Positions 34,029 through 43,768 of a stretch of 64,000 nucleotides of DNA are shown in pieces; position 1 is the stretch's first letter, and the number at the start of each line of letters is the position of its first letter. A model generated the notes under the pieces. That model had not been told where the DNA came from. It ran no database searches and was given only the letters and a program-made list of their open reading frames with translations. The position numbers were made by a program, and so were the translations under genes. Source of the DNA: Actinomycetota bacterium (GTDB lineage Bacteria; Actinomycetota; Acidimicrobiia; Acidimicrobiales; Aldehydirespiratoraceae). The stretch is taken from the NCBI GenBank assembly GCA_039188975.1, contig JBCCYT010000003.1, positions 2,703-66,702 on the forward strand, given 5' to 3'.

Positions 34029-34388
34029 TCAGTCGTTGTGGTATTCGAGGCAGAACGGATGTCCGGCGGGGTCGGCGTAGACCCGAAACCCGGCGACGGC
34101 GCCATCCTGAGCACCGAGCTTGGTGCCGCCGCTTGCCAGCACCTGCTCCTCAGCGACATCGATGTCGTCGACCTCGATGTCGAGATGTGCCTGTTGCGGG
34201 CGAGCCGGATCGCCCCAAGACGGCGGCTGATGATCCGGGGCGTACTGGATCGCAAGACGCGCCGTTCCATCGCTCATCGAGATCCACTCGTCTGACCAAC
34301 GTTCCATCGGCCAGCCGAGTAACTCGGACCAGAAGGTGGCGACCCGTTCGACCTCCGCCGTGTCGAGCACGATCTGACGAATGCGCAT
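34029..34388 (-). CDS. VOC/glyoxalase-family protein
   Basis: It has the typical pattern: IVLDTAEVERVATFWSELLGW ... HLDIEVDD ... DPAGHPFCL. Confidence 0.8.
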   Translation of the reverse strand: MRIRQIVLDTAEVERVATFWSELLGWPMERWSDEWISMSDGTARLAIQYAPDHQPPSWGDPARPQQAHLDIEVDDIDVAEEQVLASGGTKLGAQDGAVAGFRVYADPAGHPFCLEYHND

Positions 34389-34396
34389 CAGGGATC

Positions 34397-35119
34397 TCAG
34401 GTGTCGTGGAGCTGGACGCGCAGGCGCTTGTTGCCCTTGCCCTTCGACTCGGTCTTGACGACCTCGAACCGGCCGACCTCGCCGGTCGACGCAACATGGG
34501 TGCCGCCATCGGCTTGCTTGTCGAGTCCGACGATGTCGATCACCCGAATTTCGGTGACTGACTCGGGAATGAGGTTGACCTTCGTGCGGATCAGATCAGC
34601 GTCGGCCAACGCGGTGTCGCGGGGCAAGAAGCTGACCTCGATGGGGCGGTCGGCGGCGATCTCGGCATTGACGAGTTCAGTCACCCGGTCGACGAAGCCT
34701 TCGGGCAGCGGGTCGAACTCGAAGTCCATCCGGGCCGACAGCGGCTCCATGTTGCCGCCCGTCACCGGCGTGCCCCATTCGTTCCAGATCACACCGCACA
34801 GGATGTGCAGCACCGTGTGCGTGCGCATCAGTTGATGGCGCCGCTCCCAGTCGACCGTGCCGGTCACCTCCGTCCCGACCGCTGGCGCTTCGCCATCGAC
34901 GGTGTGGAACACGACCGGGCCCTTGCCTCGCACATCGGTGACCGCCACGGACCCGCCGTCCCAGGTCAGCGTGCCGGTGTCGTGAGGCTGACCACCACCG
35001 GTCGGATAGAACGCGGTGGCGTCGAGACCGACTGCGCCGTCGTTGTTGATCTCGATGACGGTGGCCGTGAACTCCCGCAGTTCGGCATCACGCAGATAGA
35101 TCCGGTCGGTTTCACCCAT
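34397..35119 (-). CDS. alanyl-tRNA editing protein (AlaX-M-like)
   Basis: It has the HxxxH motif (HTVLHIL) and a GGTHV motif. The residue at the usual Cys of CxxxH is Asp (DGGTH). Confidence 0.75.
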   Translation of the reverse strand: MGETDRIYLRDAELREFTATVIEINNDGAVGLDATAFYPTGGGQPHDTGTLTWDGGSVAVTDVRGKGPVVFHTVDGEAPAVGTEVTGTVDWERRHQLMRTHTVLHILCGVIWNEWGTPVTGGNMEPLSARMDFEFDPLPEGFVDRVTELVNAEIAADRPIEVSFLPRDTALADADLIRTKVNLIPESVTEIRVIDIVGLDKQADGGTHVASTGEVGRFEVVKTESKGKGNKRLRVQLHDT

Positions 35120-35642
35120 CGGTCTCAGCGTCGTCTCGGTTGGCGTTGATGTCGACTCGCACGTTGTTGTCGTCGTCGATCGCCACCGGGTAGGTCACGA
35201 TCAGCTCACCGGTGGAGAGATTGCCTCGCTCATCCATCGTGACGTCGGCGCATTCGGCGTCGCTGCCGGGCGCCTGGATCAGGTCGAACCGGTCGGCATC
35301 CTCGTTCCACTCGAAGAAGCAATCCCTCGGTTCGCCCGCCGGACGGGCTTCAAATGCAAACCATCCGGCCTCGGGATCGTCACCGATGTGCTGCAAGATG
35401 ATGTCTCGGTTTCGACCCGCGACATCGCTGTAGAGGATCGGACCGCGATCGTCGATCTCCTCGGAGATCCGGCCGATCTGCCCGGCGTTGAAATCACGAT
35501 CGCCCAGCTGAATCTCGACATCGCCGCCCTGGCTGGCGAGAAACAGCACACCGCCGCCGAGCACAACGGCAATCATCACGCCGGTCAAACCGACCAGCAC
35601 CGCGGAGCGGGCGTTCATTTGAGGGCCGCGAGCGACGGGCAT
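35112..35642 (-). CDS. membrane-anchored hypothetical protein
   Basis: An N-terminal TM helix is followed by an acidic soluble domain. No motif was recognised. Confidence 0.5.
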   Translation of the reverse strand: MPVARGPQMNARSAVLVGLTGVMIAVVLGGGVLFLASQGGDVEIQLGDRDFNAGQIGRISEEIDDRGPILYSDVAGRNRDIILQHIGDDPEAGWFAFEARPAGEPRDCFFEWNEDADRFDLIQAPGSDAECADVTMDERGNLSTGELIVTYPVAIDDDNNVRVDINANRDDAETDG

Positions 35643-35730
35643 ACGACATCTCCGTTTCTGAGGCTGGATCGGGGGAGGCGTCCCGCTCCTGCCTAGTATC
35701 TCTCCGTACGCGATCCGGGAGGCAACGCCG

Positions 35731-36870
35731 GTGGATTTGTTCGAATATCAGGGCAAGCAGTTCTTCGCCCAGTACGGAATGCCGGTGAGTCCCGGCCTAG
35801 TGGCATTCACGGTCGATGAAGCCGTCGCCGCCGCCGAAGAACTCGGCACGCCGGTCATGGTGAAGGCTCAGGTCCACACCGGTGGGCGAGGCAAGGCCGG
35901 TGGTGTGAAGTTCGCCGCCGACATCGACGCGGTGCGCGAACACGCCACCAACATCCTCGGGCTCGACATCCGAGGCCACATCGTCAAGCGCGTCTGGATC
36001 GAGAAGGCCTCCGACATCGCCGAGGAGTACTACGCCAGCTTCACCCTCGATCGTTCGGCCAAGAAGCACCTCGGCATGCTCTCCAAGGAAGGCGGTGTCG
36101 AGATCGAAACCGTCGCCGAAGAGAACCCTGACGCGATCGCCAAGATCTGGGTCGACCCGGTCGTCGGCCTCTCCGAAGAAGCCACCCGCGAATGGGTCGC
36201 CGCTGCGAATCTGCCCGATGCGGCCGTCGAAGGCTCGGTCGACATCCTCCAGAAGCTGTACACCGCCTACACCGAAGGCGACTGTGACCTGGTCGAGATC
36301 AACCCGCTGATCCTCACCCCCGAGGACAAAGTGCACGTGCTCGACGCCAAGGTCACCCTCGACGGCAACAGCACGTTCCGCCACGAGGACTACGCCCAGT
36401 ACGACGAAACGCAACCCCGCGACGACCGAGAAGAAGCCGCTCACGCCAAGGGTCTCGAGTACGTCGGTCTCGACGGCACCGTCGGCGTGATCGCCAACGG
36501 CGCCGGCCTCGCCATGAGCACGGTCGACGTCGTCAACCAGGTCGGCGGCAGCCCGGCCAACTTCCTCGACATCGGCGGCGGCGCCAACGCCGACGTCATG
36601 GCTGGGGCGATGGAAGTCATCAACAACGACCCGAACGTCAAGTCGATCTTCATCAACATCTTCGGTGGCATCACCCGCGGCGAAGAGGTCGCCAACGGCA
36701 TCCTCGAAGCGATGCGGCGAGTCGACATCGACAGCCCGATCGTGATCCGCCTCGACGGCACCAACGCTGAAGAAGGACGAGCGATCCTCGAACCGAACCT
36801 CAGCGACAAGCTGATGATGGAAGAGACCATGTTGGATGCAGCTCGCAAAGCTGTGGAACTGGCGAGCTGA
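35731..36870 (+). CDS. sucC: succinyl-CoA synthetase beta subunit
   Basis: It starts VDLFEYQGKQFF, has the ATP-grasp motifs, and has GGIT(R)GEEVA. Confidence 0.95.
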   Translation: MDLFEYQGKQFFAQYGMPVSPGLVAFTVDEAVAAAEELGTPVMVKAQVHTGGRGKAGGVKFAADIDAVREHATNILGLDIRGHIVKRVWIEKASDIAEEYYASFTLDRSAKKHLGMLSKEGGVEIETVAEENPDAIAKIWVDPVVGLSEEATREWVAAANLPDAAVEGSVDILQKLYTAYTEGDCDLVEINPLILTPEDKVHVLDAKVTLDGNSTFRHEDYAQYDETQPRDDREEAAHAKGLEYVGLDGTVGVIANGAGLAMSTVDVVNQVGGSPANFLDIGGGANADVMAGAMEVINNDPNVKSIFINIFGGITRGEEVANGILEAMRRVDIDSPIVIRLDGTNAEEGRAILEPNLSDKLMMEETMLDAARKAVELAS

Positions 36871-36881
36871 GAGGACCAATC

Positions 36882-37766
36882 ATGAGCATCTTCGTCGACG
36901 AAAACACCAAGGTCATCTACCAGGGCCTCACCGGCTCCCAGGGCAGCTACTACGGCAAGCTCAACGCCGAGTACGGCACTCAGGTCGTGGCCGGCACCCA
37001 CCCCAAGAAGGCCGGCACCGACGTAGACGGCGTGCCGATCTACGCCTCGGTTGCCGAGGCCAAGGAAGCCACCGGCGCCACCGCCACCTGCATCTTCATT
37101 CCCGCGCCGGGCGTGCAGGGTGCGGTGCTCGAAGCGGCCGAGGCCGGCATCGAGTTCATCGTGGCGATCACCGAGGGCGTGCCCGCCCACGACGAGGCCT
37201 ACTTCTTCAACAAGCTGAAGGCCGACTTCCCGAACACCCGGCTCCTCGGGCCGAACTGCCCCGGCATCATCAGCCCCGGCAAGTGCAACATCGGCATCAC
37301 CGCCGGCCACATCGCCAAGCCCGGCGGTCCGGTCGGCATCGTGAGCCGCTCCGGCACACTCACCTATCAGGCGCTGTATGAGCTCAAGCAGAAGGACATC
37401 GGCGTCACCACCTGCGTCGGCATCGGCGGCGACCCGGTTCCGGGCACGTCGTTCATCGACTGCCTCCAGGCGTTCGAGGCTGACCCCGACACCAAGGCCG
37501 TCATGATGATCGGCGAGATCGGCGGCTCGGCCGAGGAAGAAGCGGCCGAGTTCATCAAGAACCACATGACCAAGCCGGTCAGCTCCTACATCGCCGGCGT
37601 CACCGCACCTCCCGGCAAGAAGATGGGCCACGCGGGCGCCATCGTCTCCGGCGGCAAGGGCACCGCGGCGGCCAAGATGGAAGCACTCGAGGACGCCGGT
37701 GTGAAGGTTGGCCAGAACCCGACCGAAGCCGGCGAGCTCATGGCCGAAATCGTCGCGTCTCTCTGA
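36882..37766 (+). CDS. sucD: succinyl-CoA synthetase alpha subunit
   Basis: It has VIYQGLTGSQG, SRSGTLTY and the active-site MGHAGAI. Confidence 0.95.
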   Translation: MSIFVDENTKVIYQGLTGSQGSYYGKLNAEYGTQVVAGTHPKKAGTDVDGVPIYASVAEAKEATGATATCIFIPAPGVQGAVLEAAEAGIEFIVAITEGVPAHDEAYFFNKLKADFPNTRLLGPNCPGIISPGKCNIGITAGHIAKPGGPVGIVSRSGTLTYQALYELKQKDIGVTTCVGIGGDPVPGTSFIDCLQAFEADPDTKAVMMIGEIGGSAEEEAAEFIKNHMTKPVSSYIAGVTAPPGKKMGHAGAIVSGGKGTAAAKMEALEDAGVKVGQNPTEAGELMAEIVASL

Positions 37767-37813
37767 GCGCGCCAACGAGGTCGCGGGGCTGTAGCTCGGG
37801 GACAATTCAGCAC

Positions 37814-37848
37814 CGCTGCCACCACCAAGGTGCGGCGGTTTGGCAGCG
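37814..37848 (+). terminator. hairpin after sucD
   Basis: CGCTGCCA ... TGGCAGCG forms an 8-bp stem with an inner CACC/GGTG pairing. There is no U-tract. Confidence 0.35.
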
Positions 37849-37855
37849 TGGGGGA

Positions 37856-38956
37856 ATGTCGTTCCCCCGCGTTGCCGTTTTGGGCCTCCTGGCCGTGTTG
37901 ACGGCGTGTGGGACGACGTCGGTCGGCGTTGCTCCAGAGTCGGTGACGACGACGACATCCACGACGTCGATCACAACCACAGACGACGCGCCACCCACGA
38001 CCGTACCGACCACCACGACCACGACGACAACCACGACCACGACGACAACCACGACCACAACCACGACGAGTACAACCGTGCCGGAGGTGCTCCCCGAACT
38101 CGCACTCGATGAGCGCGGTACACCGATCAATGGACAAACCGATGGCGTCTTGGTGACGAACACGGGCTGGATCACCCCGATCCTCAGCGGGCTGGAAGGC
38201 GATCGGCACCGGGTGTGGACCCCGTGCGGCCGCCTCGCGGACATCGGCGGCGGCCGGGTGATCGAGACCGCTGACTTCGTGCTCGACCCCGGTCACGGAG
38301 GCTCCGAGCCCGGTGCGGTGGGACCGGGTGGGTTGCGAGAAGCTGATCTCAATCTCGACGTCACGCTCAAGCTGCGCGACACCCTCGTCGGTGCCGGCTA
38401 CTCGGTGGTCATGACCCGCCAAACGGACGTACGAGTGCCGATCGTGACGCGGGCAGAGATCGCCCACGCCCTCGACCCGATCGCATTCATCTCGGTGCAC
38501 TTCAACGCCGGGACCGATGCTGCGAGCGAAACCCCCGGCACCGAGATGTATCACCAGATCGACAACCCGGAATCGAAGCGTCTCGCCGGCTTGATCTACG
38601 AGGAGTCCTACGCCGCGCTGGCGCAGTACGACATCAACTGGGTGGCGCTCAACGACGCTGGCGCGACCTTTCGGCCCAACCAGGAGGGTGGCGACTACTA
38701 CGGAGTTCTACGGCGCCCCGCGCCGGTGCTGAGCGTGCTCACCGAGTACGCCTACCTGTCCAATCCGGCGGAGGAAGAACTCGTCTCGGATCCGGCGGTG
38801 CAACAGGAGCTCGCCGATGCGACGCTTGCTGCGATCCAACGGTTCTTGACCACCGACGATCCGGGGACCGGCTTCATCGACGACCCGATCTTTCGGGGCT
38901 TCGGTCCCTCGGGTGCCGGTGGCACCGGCAACTGCACCGATCCGAGGCTCGAGTGA
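37856..38956 (+). CDS. N-acetylmuramoyl-L-alanine amidase (Amidase_3) lipoprotein
   Basis: It has a lipobox (LTACGT), a poly-Thr linker, and catalytic motifs LDPGHGGSEPG, SVHFNAG and GTEMYH. Confidence 0.85.
   Translation: MSFPRVAVLGLLAVLTACGTTSVGVAPESVTTTTSTTSITTTDDAPPTTVPTTTTTTTTTTTTTTTTTTTTSTTVPEVLPELALDERGTPINGQTDGVLVTNTGWITPILSGLEGDRHRVWTPCGRLADIGGGRVIETADFVLDPGHGGSEPGAVGPGGLREADLNLDVTLKLRDTLVGAGYSVVMTRQTDVRVPIVTRAEIAHALDPIAFISVHFNAGTDAASETPGTEMYHQIDNPESKRLAGLIYEESYAALAQYDINWVALNDAGATFRPNQEGGDYYGVLRRPAPVLSVLTEYAYLSNPAEEELVSDPAVQQELADATLAAIQRFLTTDDPGTGFIDDPIFRGFGPSGAGGTGNCTDPRLE
38009..38077 (+). repeat. poly-threonine coding tract (20 consecutive Thr, then STT)
   Basis: The ACC/ACG/ACA run includes an 18-nt unit, ACCACGACCACGACGACA, repeated twice. 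Confidence 0.9.
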
Positions 38957-39954
38957 GGCGACGCGGCATCGTCGGTTTCGTTGCGGCCTTGGCCGTCGGT
39001 TGTGGCACCGGCGGAACCGACATCGAGTTCACCGAACCGACGCCCACCCTGTTCTCTGACGATGCCGACGTGGAAACCACGCTGCCGCCGACGACTGTGG
39101 GCTCGCCGGCCGGTCTCGCCACCCTCGACCGCCGTGACCTCCCATCGCCGCGGCCGGCACCTGGCGTCGTCATCATCGACGGCATCGCGGCGCCGGTCCT
39201 CAACGCCAACAACACATCGTGGACCATCGAAACGCCATGCGGCACCGCCCGCACGGAGACGGGCACCGAGGTCGAACATGCGCTCGTGGTGATCGATCCG
39301 GCAGGGGATGCACGCACCGCAGACGGTGCGACCGAGGTCGAACGGAACGCAGCGCTATCGACCACGATCGCCGACCGGCTCCAGGCCGCCGGCATTGCAA
39401 CGGTCATCACTCGCCAGGGTGCAGTCGACCTTGCTGCCTCCTACCGACGCGAGGCCGGGGTTTCGGCAGGAGCTTTGGTGGTCGTGACCGTGTCGGTGGT
39501 CGACGGCGTTGGTGCCTTGACCGCCGACCCTTCGCTCGAAGTCGTCTACCCGGCGATCGACGAACCGTCGCAACGGCTCGCCGGGCTTTTGTATGCCGAC
39601 GTCGTGTCGGCCATCGACCTCTTTTCGGTGGGGTGGCCCGATGATCTCGATTCCGGCGTGCGATCCGTCCTGAACCAGCGCGGCGATGACTTCTTCACTG
39701 TCCTTCAGGAGCCCTCGACCTCGGCCCGAGCCGTCGTGCACCTGCCGGTCGACCCGGATGCGGCTTCGGTGATGTGGACGGGGGGCACGAACCGGGCGCC
39801 GCTCGCCGATGCAATCGCCAACGCCATCGTTCGATGGTTGGTCACCGACGCTGAAGGGTCCGGGTTTGTGACCCCGGCCCACGAGGTTCGTCAGGCCGAG
39901 GTCTCGTCCGCGGGCCCGTGCATCGATCCGCTCGCCGTCGAGGTCGGCGACTGA
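38953..39954 (+). CDS. amidase_3-like lipoprotein paralog lacking the zinc ligands
   Basis: It has a lipobox (LAVGCGT). The segment equivalent to DPGHGG reads IDPAGDAR, and the equivalent of SVHFNA reads TVSVVDG. Confidence 0.6.
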   Translation: MRRRGIVGFVAALAVGCGTGGTDIEFTEPTPTLFSDDADVETTLPPTTVGSPAGLATLDRRDLPSPRPAPGVVIIDGIAAPVLNANNTSWTIETPCGTARTETGTEVEHALVVIDPAGDARTADGATEVERNAALSTTIADRLQAAGIATVITRQGAVDLAASYRREAGVSAGALVVVTVSVVDGVGALTADPSLEVVYPAIDEPSQRLAGLLYADVVSAIDLFSVGWPDDLDSGVRSVLNQRGDDFFTVLQEPSTSARAVVHLPVDPDAASVMWTGGTNRAPLADAIANAIVRWLVTDAEGSGFVTPAHEVRQAEVSSAGPCIDPLAVEVGD

Positions 39955-39964
39955 CCCGTCTGCT

Positions 39965-40375
39965 TCAGAACTGGGTGGGTGGACTCGCTGGGGCCGCCCG
40001 CATGTCCATCATCGACGACGCGACGATGACAGCCGATGCAATCCATCCGAGGAGAACCCCGACTCCTGGGTTCGAGGCGAACTGTTGACCAAAGGTGATC
40101 AAGAAGGCGCCGAAGCCCAATGTGAGATGGATCTGCGGATGCTCGAGACCGACGATGCGCTCGGGCAACGTGACCCCGCCGAAGGCCTGGGCGCCAACGC
40201 CACCAGCGATGGCCAACCCGATCACCGCCACGAAGAGCCCCTTGAGCCCAAAGAACTCCGTCTCCCACCCGTTGGTGCTGCCGAGCGGCGTGTCGAACCA
40301 TGGCAGGAACGTGGCGAGAAAGAGCACCGCACCACCGATGAGCGCCATGATCTGTGTCGTCTTCAAGTTGTCCAT
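39965..40375 (-). CDS. small integral membrane protein (about 4 TM)
   Basis: The 136-aa ORF is hydrophobic. No motif was recognised. Confidence 0.5.
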   Translation of the reverse strand: MDNLKTTQIMALIGGAVLFLATFLPWFDTPLGSTNGWETEFFGLKGLFVAVIGLAIAGGVGAQAFGGVTLPERIVGLEHPQIHLTLGFGAFLITFGQQFASNPGVGVLLGWIASAVIVASSMMDMRAAPASPPTQF

Positions 40376-40477
40376 CGGCCCTCCCGGCCAGTCACTCTCG
40401 CCGGAGCGTAGTGCACGGCTTCCGGGTGGCTGCCGGAGGCTTCAAGACGTGCGGCTGGGGCTGGTAGCTTCCGTCTC

Positions 40478-42028
40478 GTGAGCGAACCCCGCCGTGCCCT
40501 GCTGTCCGTGTACGACAAGTCGGGTGTTGTCGACCTGGCCCGCGGTCTCACCGAGCTGGGATGGGAGTTGATTTCCAGCGGAGGGACCGCGCGGACCATC
40601 GCCGAGGCTGGCATTGCGGTCGTCGACGTCGCTGACCACACCGGCTCGCCGATCATGCTTGGTCACCGAGTGGTGACGCTGCACCCGAAAGTACACGGCG
40701 GCATCCTGGCCGACCGCACCGACCCCGAGCATCAAGCCGACATGGCCGAACACGGCATCACCCCGATCGATCTTGTCGTCGGCAACCTCTACCCGTTCGG
40801 ATCGAGCGTCGCCGACTTTCAACATGGCGCCGGGCAGCCGGAGGAGCTGATCGACATCGGTGGCCCGGCCATGGTGCGGGCCGCAGCCAAGAACCATGCC
40901 CACGTCGGGGTCCTCGTCGACCCGTCCACCTACGGTGACATCGTCGACGAACTCCGAGCCGACGGGTGGTTGAGTGAGCCCACCCGCCGCAAGCTCGCCC
41001 GTGACGCGTTTGCCCACACCGCTGCGTACGACGCGGCGATCGTGACCTGGTTCGACGCGACCGACGACGAACACGATGCGTTGCCGCCGACGATCCATCT
41101 GGCACTCGAACGAGTGGATGTCCTCCGGTACGGCGAGAATCCCCACCAGCGCGGTGCCCGCTACCGCCGAGCCAACGAACCCGGCATCTGGGACGCGATC
41201 GAACAGCACAGCGGTGTGGCGCTGAGTTACCTGAACTTCTTCGATGCGGATGCTGCGTGGCGGCTTGTCCACGACCTCGGCGACCAGCCGGCCGTGGCCA
41301 TCATGAAGCACGCAAACCCGTGCGGCGCAGCGGTCGCTGATGATCTCGCAACGGCGTATGCCCGTGCGTTTTCGTGCGATCCTCGTTCGGCGTTCGGCGG
41401 GATTGTGGCCACCAATCGCGTCGTCGATGGAGCCACGGTCGAAGCAATGGTCGACGCCGCTCAGGCCGACGTGGTCCTGGCTCCGGGATATGCCGATGGT
41501 GTGATCGAACAGCTGGTCGCCAAGCGCAAGAACACCCGCATCCTGACCGTGGGCGTGCCGACCGCGTCACCTGAGCTGGCCCTGCGCCAGATGGCCGATG
41601 GCTTCCTGGTGCAAGAGAGCCATCGCTTTGCGTCACAGCCGGCGTCGTGGGACATCGTCACCGAACGCCAGCCGACGCAACAAGAACTCGCCGATGCCGC
41701 GTTTGCCTGGCGGGTCTGTGGGCATGTCTCGTCGAACGCCATCGTGCTCGCAAGAGATGGCGTTGCCTGGGGGATTGGGGCCGGCCAACAGAACCGGGTC
41801 GAGTCAGGCGAGATCGCTGCGTCGAAAGCAGCCGGTCGAGCCGATGGAGGCGCGTGCGCAAGCGACGCGTTCTACCCATTCCCTGATGGCATTCATGCCG
41901 CCGCCGACGCCGGAGCCGCGATCATCGTGCAGCCCGGTGGCTCGGTCGGCGACGAGCAGACCATCGCCGCGGCCAACGATCGAGGCATCGCCATGGTCTT
42001 CACCGGCGAACGACAGTTTCTTCACTAG
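40478..42028 (+). CDS. purH: bifunctional AICAR transformylase / IMP cyclohydrolase
   Basis: It starts [11 protein letters not shown], has MGS-like and AICARFT domains, and ends TGERQFLH. Confidence 0.95.
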   Translation: MSEPRRALLSVYDKSGVVDLARGLTELGWELISSGGTARTIAEAGIAVVDVADHTGSPIMLGHRVVTLHPKVHGGILADRTDPEHQADMAEHGITPIDLVVGNLYPFGSSVADFQHGAGQPEELIDIGGPAMVRAAAKNHAHVGVLVDPSTYGDIVDELRADGWLSEPTRRKLARDAFAHTAAYDAAIVTWFDATDDEHDALPPTIHLALERVDVLRYGENPHQRGARYRRANEPGIWDAIEQHSGVALSYLNFFDADAAWRLVHDLGDQPAVAIMKHANPCGAAVADDLATAYARAFSCDPRSAFGGIVATNRVVDGATVEAMVDAAQADVVLAPGYADGVIEQLVAKRKNTRILTVGVPTASPELALRQMADGFLVQESHRFASQPASWDIVTERQPTQQELADAAFAWRVCGHVSSNAIVLARDGVAWGIGAGQQNRVESGEIAASKAAGRADGGACASDAFYPFPDGIHAAADAGAAIIVQPGGSVGDEQTIAAANDRGIAMVFTGERQFLH

Positions 42029-42044
42029 GTCCCGGCAACTTCTG

Positions 42045-42731
42045 ATGAGCGAACGCGAAGCCAAATCGATCGAGTGGGCCATCAAGGTCCAGGCCAGTCG
42101 GGCCGGTGGTGTCTTCTACTACGTGGTCCGCAGCGTTCTGCGCTGGACACTCATGCGGTGGCTCCGGGTCACGGTGGAGGGCAGGGAGCACTTGGCCCTC
42201 GACGGGCCGGTGATTCTGGCGCCGGTGCACCGCAGCAATCTCGACTCGGTCCTCGTCGCTTGCACGGCCACGCGGCGAATCCGGGCCATCGGAAAGGAAT
42301 CACTGTTCATCCATCCCGCGTTTGCCTGGGTGAACGCTGCGTTGGGTGCGATTCCGGTCCGGCGGGGCGAAGCAGACCGTCAGGCGATGAAGGCCTCCCA
42401 GGAGATCATCGGTGACGGAGCGATGATGATCGTTTTCCCGGAAGGAACCCGGCAGACCGGCTCGCAGGTACAGGGTGTGTTCGATGGCACGACCTACCTC
42501 GCGCAAAGGACTGGCGCCCCGATCATTCCGATCGGCATCGGCGGCACGGAGGCGGCGATGGCGAGCGGATCGAAGGGCATTCGGCGAGTTCGCTGCTCGG
42601 TGGTCATCGGGCCGCCGATCGCCGCGCCCGTCGGCCGGCTGAGTCAGCCGCAGCGGCGCGAGTTCAGCGAGAACGTGGTGGTCGAGCTCCAGACCGCCTT
42701 CAACCGCGCTCAGGCGCTCGCAGGCGGCTGA
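42045..42731 (+). CDS. 1-acyl-sn-glycerol-3-phosphate acyltransferase
   Basis: It has the HxxxxD motif (VHRSNLD) and the FPEGTR block. The ATG at 42045 is in frame with the track ORF 41598-42731. Confidence 0.82.
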   Translation: MSEREAKSIEWAIKVQASRAGGVFYYVVRSVLRWTLMRWLRVTVEGREHLALDGPVILAPVHRSNLDSVLVACTATRRIRAIGKESLFIHPAFAWVNAALGAIPVRRGEADRQAMKASQEIIGDGAMMIVFPEGTRQTGSQVQGVFDGTTYLAQRTGAPIIPIGIGGTEAAMASGSKGIRRVRCSVVIGPPIAAPVGRLSQPQRREFSENVVVELQTAFNRAQALAGG

Positions 42732-42736
42732 CCCGC

Positions 42737-43525
42737 TCAGTCCGCTGCGAGGTGGTCGCCGGGAGGGGTTTCCTCGAAGAAAAAGCTGATGAGGGCATCG
42801 AGCCCGAGCGCAAACAGTGTCCATGGGTTGTCGTCACCGTCGAGGCGGACAGCCATCGGATCGTGAGGTGACGTCGGAAACAGATAGCGCCTCGCGAGGC
42901 CCTCGCCGAGCGCACTGGCGAGCATGGTGTAGGCCCGCATGTTGTCGCCGCCGTCGACCGTGAAGCGAGGTCGATAGTTGAAGAGCTCCATGTACGGCTG
43001 GTGGATCGACCGGAGCGAGTCCTCCTCGAACTCGGTTTCGATTCGAGCCAACTCACTCAGCAGCTCTTCGTCGCGTTCTCCTTCGGGGAGCGACGCCAGC
43101 GAGCTGTGGACTGCGCTGGTGATCCACCATCGCCAGGAGTTCTGCACCGTTCGGGCGTTGGCTGCGCCGGCGATGCGGATCAGTTCCTGACGAGTCGCCG
43201 CCCGTTGCTCCGGCGTCCCGTGCAGTCCACTGATGTCGACCTCCGCCATCTCCTGGGTTGTCTCGTGGATCTCGTCGTCGTCGACGGGGTGACGGATGGC
43301 CTCGAAGAGAACGGCGCGGCGGAACGCCTCCTGCGGGGTCTGGGTCGCTTCACCTGCTTCGGCCCAGGCCGCGTATGCACTCGAGCGGGGCACGTCGGCG
43401 TCGATGTAGGCCGTCTCGAGGCTGACGGAGTCGAGTCCGACGGTCAGGCCTCGCTCTTGGAGTGCGGCGATGCCGGCATCGACCAGGCGTTGGCGCGTTT
43501 CCTCGCGCTTGGACGGGCGGGCCAT
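42737..43525 (-). CDS. TetR/AcrR-family transcriptional regulator
   Basis: The N-terminal HTH is REETRQRLVDAGIAALQERGLTVGLDSVSLETAYIDADVPRSSAY. The start is 43525 or 43546. Confidence 0.7.
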   Translation of the reverse strand: MARPSKREETRQRLVDAGIAALQERGLTVGLDSVSLETAYIDADVPRSSAYAAWAEAGEATQTPQEAFRRAVLFEAIRHPVDDDEIHETTQEMAEVDISGLHGTPEQRAATRQELIRIAGAANARTVQNSWRWWITSAVHSSLASLPEGERDEELLSELARIETEFEEDSLRSIHQPYMELFNYRPRFTVDGGDNMRAYTMLASALGEGLARRYLFPTSPHDPMAVRLDGDDNPWTLFALGLDALISFFFEETPPGDHLAAD

Positions 43526-43642
43526 GTGGGCACGGTAGCGCTCCACGCCACCCGACTTGCAATCAGATCTCAGATGCCGTATCTCTAAATAGGGTTCGGG
43601 CCGCGGCGAGAGAGCGTGACCGGGCGGACGCGGCGGGTGACG

Positions 43643-43676
43643 GGCGTGGGGCCGACGGCGGAGCCGGCCCCACGCC
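43643..43676 (+). other. perfect 12-bp GC stem-loop in the tetR-icd divergent intergenic region
   Basis: GGCGTGGGGCCG-N10-CGGCCCCACGCC lies ~95 nt upstream of the icd ATG. Confidence 0.6.
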
Positions 43677-43768
43677 GGCCGCCGAGAAATGCCGGTCCGG
43701 TTTGGAAATGCGCGAAATCAGACCGGAGTTCGGGGCTCTGGGCATGGCGGCCCGCTACGATCCGCTCT

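Noticed and set aside
34397-35119. Asp in place of the Cys of the CxxxH zinc motif in the AlaX-like editing protein (DGGTH), as a sign of inactivation.
   Set aside because: Asp can also ligate zinc, and my alignment is by eye only. The evidence is insufficient to call it a loss of function.
37807-38244. A poly-valine ORF on the minus strand.
   Set aside because: It is the mirror image of the poly-Thr coding tract of the amidase lipoprotein.
43561-43590. A possible TetR operator (AGATCT, AGAT-N5-ATCT) in the low-GC patch next to the TetR gene.
   Set aside because: The symmetric arms are only 4-6 bp and imperfect. That is too weak to call from sequence alone.
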